A program made the translations under genes and the position numbers. The notes beneath the pieces were generated by a model. The model did no database searches and was not told the origin of the DNA. It worked only from the letters and a program-made list of their open reading frames with translations. A DNA stretch of 62,904 nucleotides, filler included, from Reclinomonas americana ATCC 50394 (lineage: Eukaryota), in NCBI GenBank assembly GCA_048213135.1. It is 5 parts of 2 records of this genome, joined end to end, with 100 filler letters (N's around TTAATTAATTAA, not from the genome) between each part and the next. Parts side by side here need not be neighbours in the genome. Positions count along the whole stretch, not along the records: positions 53,946 to 62,904 come from PS015215.1; 4 more parts are not named here. One strand, 5' to 3'. This document shows positions 61,539 to 62,904 of this stretch, one piece after another; within the stretch, counting starts at the first letter, position 1; every line of letters starts with the position of its first letter.

Positions 61539-62732
61539 CCAGCTTCGCCACCGCCGCGACGAACAGGTCGAATTGTGGTGGGCGACGACAAACCGGCCGC
61601 CAAGCAGGAGCCAGCGGGCGCGGTGCTGACGGGCGGTGGGTTCTCGGTGCCTGCGCACTATTTGAAGCCGTCGCACGATGACGACGACGATGATGATGAT
61701 GACGACGATGCCGGTAGTGGAAAGAAGGGCAAGAAGCAATCAGCCGCTCATGTTGCGTGCGGGTGGCGCCGCTGTGATTGCGATGTGAGATCTGACTTGA
61801 GTTTCCGCAGTCTGATTCTGACGGTGGCGATTCACCGCCGCCCGTACGCAAGCGTGGATTTATCACCGACCTAGCACAATCGGCGGACTCGGATCGACCC
61901 GTGTCGGCCACGCGAACGGGTAGTCGTTTCGGTGCGCAGGCGGGCAAGCCTGCAGCAACGGCGGCAGTGGCTGCGGCAGACACGGACCGCGACGAAGACG
62001 AATACTCTGGTGCACATATGCTCCACTCCCCCCTTTGCCTGTGTTGTTGCTGATCGTTTGCTGTGCCCTGCAGACACCTTTGACAGCTCGCGTGCCAGTG
62101 GTTCGTCGGCACCCGGCGGCTCCAACAGCGATGCGCCGCGAGCCTCTGGTGACATGATGAGCCTGTTTGGCCTGAACCGCGCCAATCCTGGGGCGGCCGG
62201 CGGCGCTCCACCCTCCCGACCGATTGCGGCAGCCGACGAGGCAGAAGATGCGGCAAGGTATGACGACCCTGCATGATAGTGATTTGTTTGTTGCGCCCTC
62301 TCACATCCATCGGGCGGGCAGTGTCGACGAGGAGATCGAGTCGGATGTCGAGGACGACGACGGCGACGAGGAGATCGATGTGGGCGGCGACGCCTCGGAC
62401 GACTCGACCGATCGCCACCCCGTCAATGTGCCCACGAAGCCATTGCAGGGGGCACGACCAGCATCCGCCTCCACTGCGGCCCCGGCAGCTGGCTCCTCGT
62501 CGCTCGGAACGCTGGCCGGTCTCCCCGCACTCAGTCGACCGCGAACTGCGCAACCGCCTCCCGCCAGCAGCAACTGGAGAAAACACGGTACGTTGGCGCA
62601 TTCACACTCGCAACGAGAAAAACACATGACTGACAAGAGTGTGCAGTGGACGACGATGAAGACGACGACGTCATTGACGACGACGACGATGCAGGAGATG
62701 AGGAAGTCAACTTGTCAGACGACGCGTTTTGA
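59238..62732 (+). CDS. CEP43: CEP43/FOP (FGFR1OP)-like centriolar LisH protein with long acidic disordered tail
   Basis: VLRTLESKGILSKLKAELRASVYTAIE, LVRELLDCYGLVHTMDVFEQDS (TOF/LisH) and EPVLVSLV. Ends VNLSDDAF*. Confidence 0.8.
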
Positions 62733-62904
62733 GAGGCGACTGCAGTGAGCGTTTTCCTCTCTTTTTTCCTCTCGCTTGTGTAATGCACCAAAACGCGACA
62801 AAATATGCCGGGTTCATCGTAAGTGACAGGATTTTTAAAGTGCTCAGAGAATGAGCGTTCACCTCGCGCCTCGTGTGCTCGACTTGGAAGTGGCCGTGTT
62901 GTCG

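Overview
Gene-dense, intron-rich nuclear DNA from a draft assembly of a unicellular eukaryote. It is probably flagellated or centriole-bearing, since it encodes a CEP43/FOP-like protein; the lineage cannot be fixed from sequence alone. The genetic code is standard, most introns are ~55-90 nt, and many intergenic gaps are <200 bp. Hand-splicing gives about 19 genes: an unknown membrane protein, a membrane-anchored M49/DPP III peptidase, a MAP2K-like kinase, an ankyrin protein with an F-box-like tail, a secreted RNI-like LRR protein, alkaline ceramidase, a RING/TRAF-ZnF/CHORD-like protein, OARD1/TARG1, a UDP-sugar dehydrogenase, a GH162 beta-1,2-glucanase, small membrane proteins, a glycosyltransferase, a large coiled-coil protein, a PMP-like multi-TM protein, a 5'-nucleotidase with EF-hands and CEP43/FOP. 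The most striking signals concern splicing. (1) Five consecutive single-codon (3-nt) microexons (TAT, TCG, CGA, GGG, GAG = Y-S-R-G-E, 17727-18136) connect the two halves of a CHORD/Btk-like zinc finger in frame. (2) Register-shifted 5' splice sites (GTTGCG/GTTGAG) are very frequent and occur mostly after a non-G exon base. Three small contigs look inverted by the scaffolder, and the TTAATTAATTAA gap linkers are artefacts. All gene models are manual and lack transcript support.
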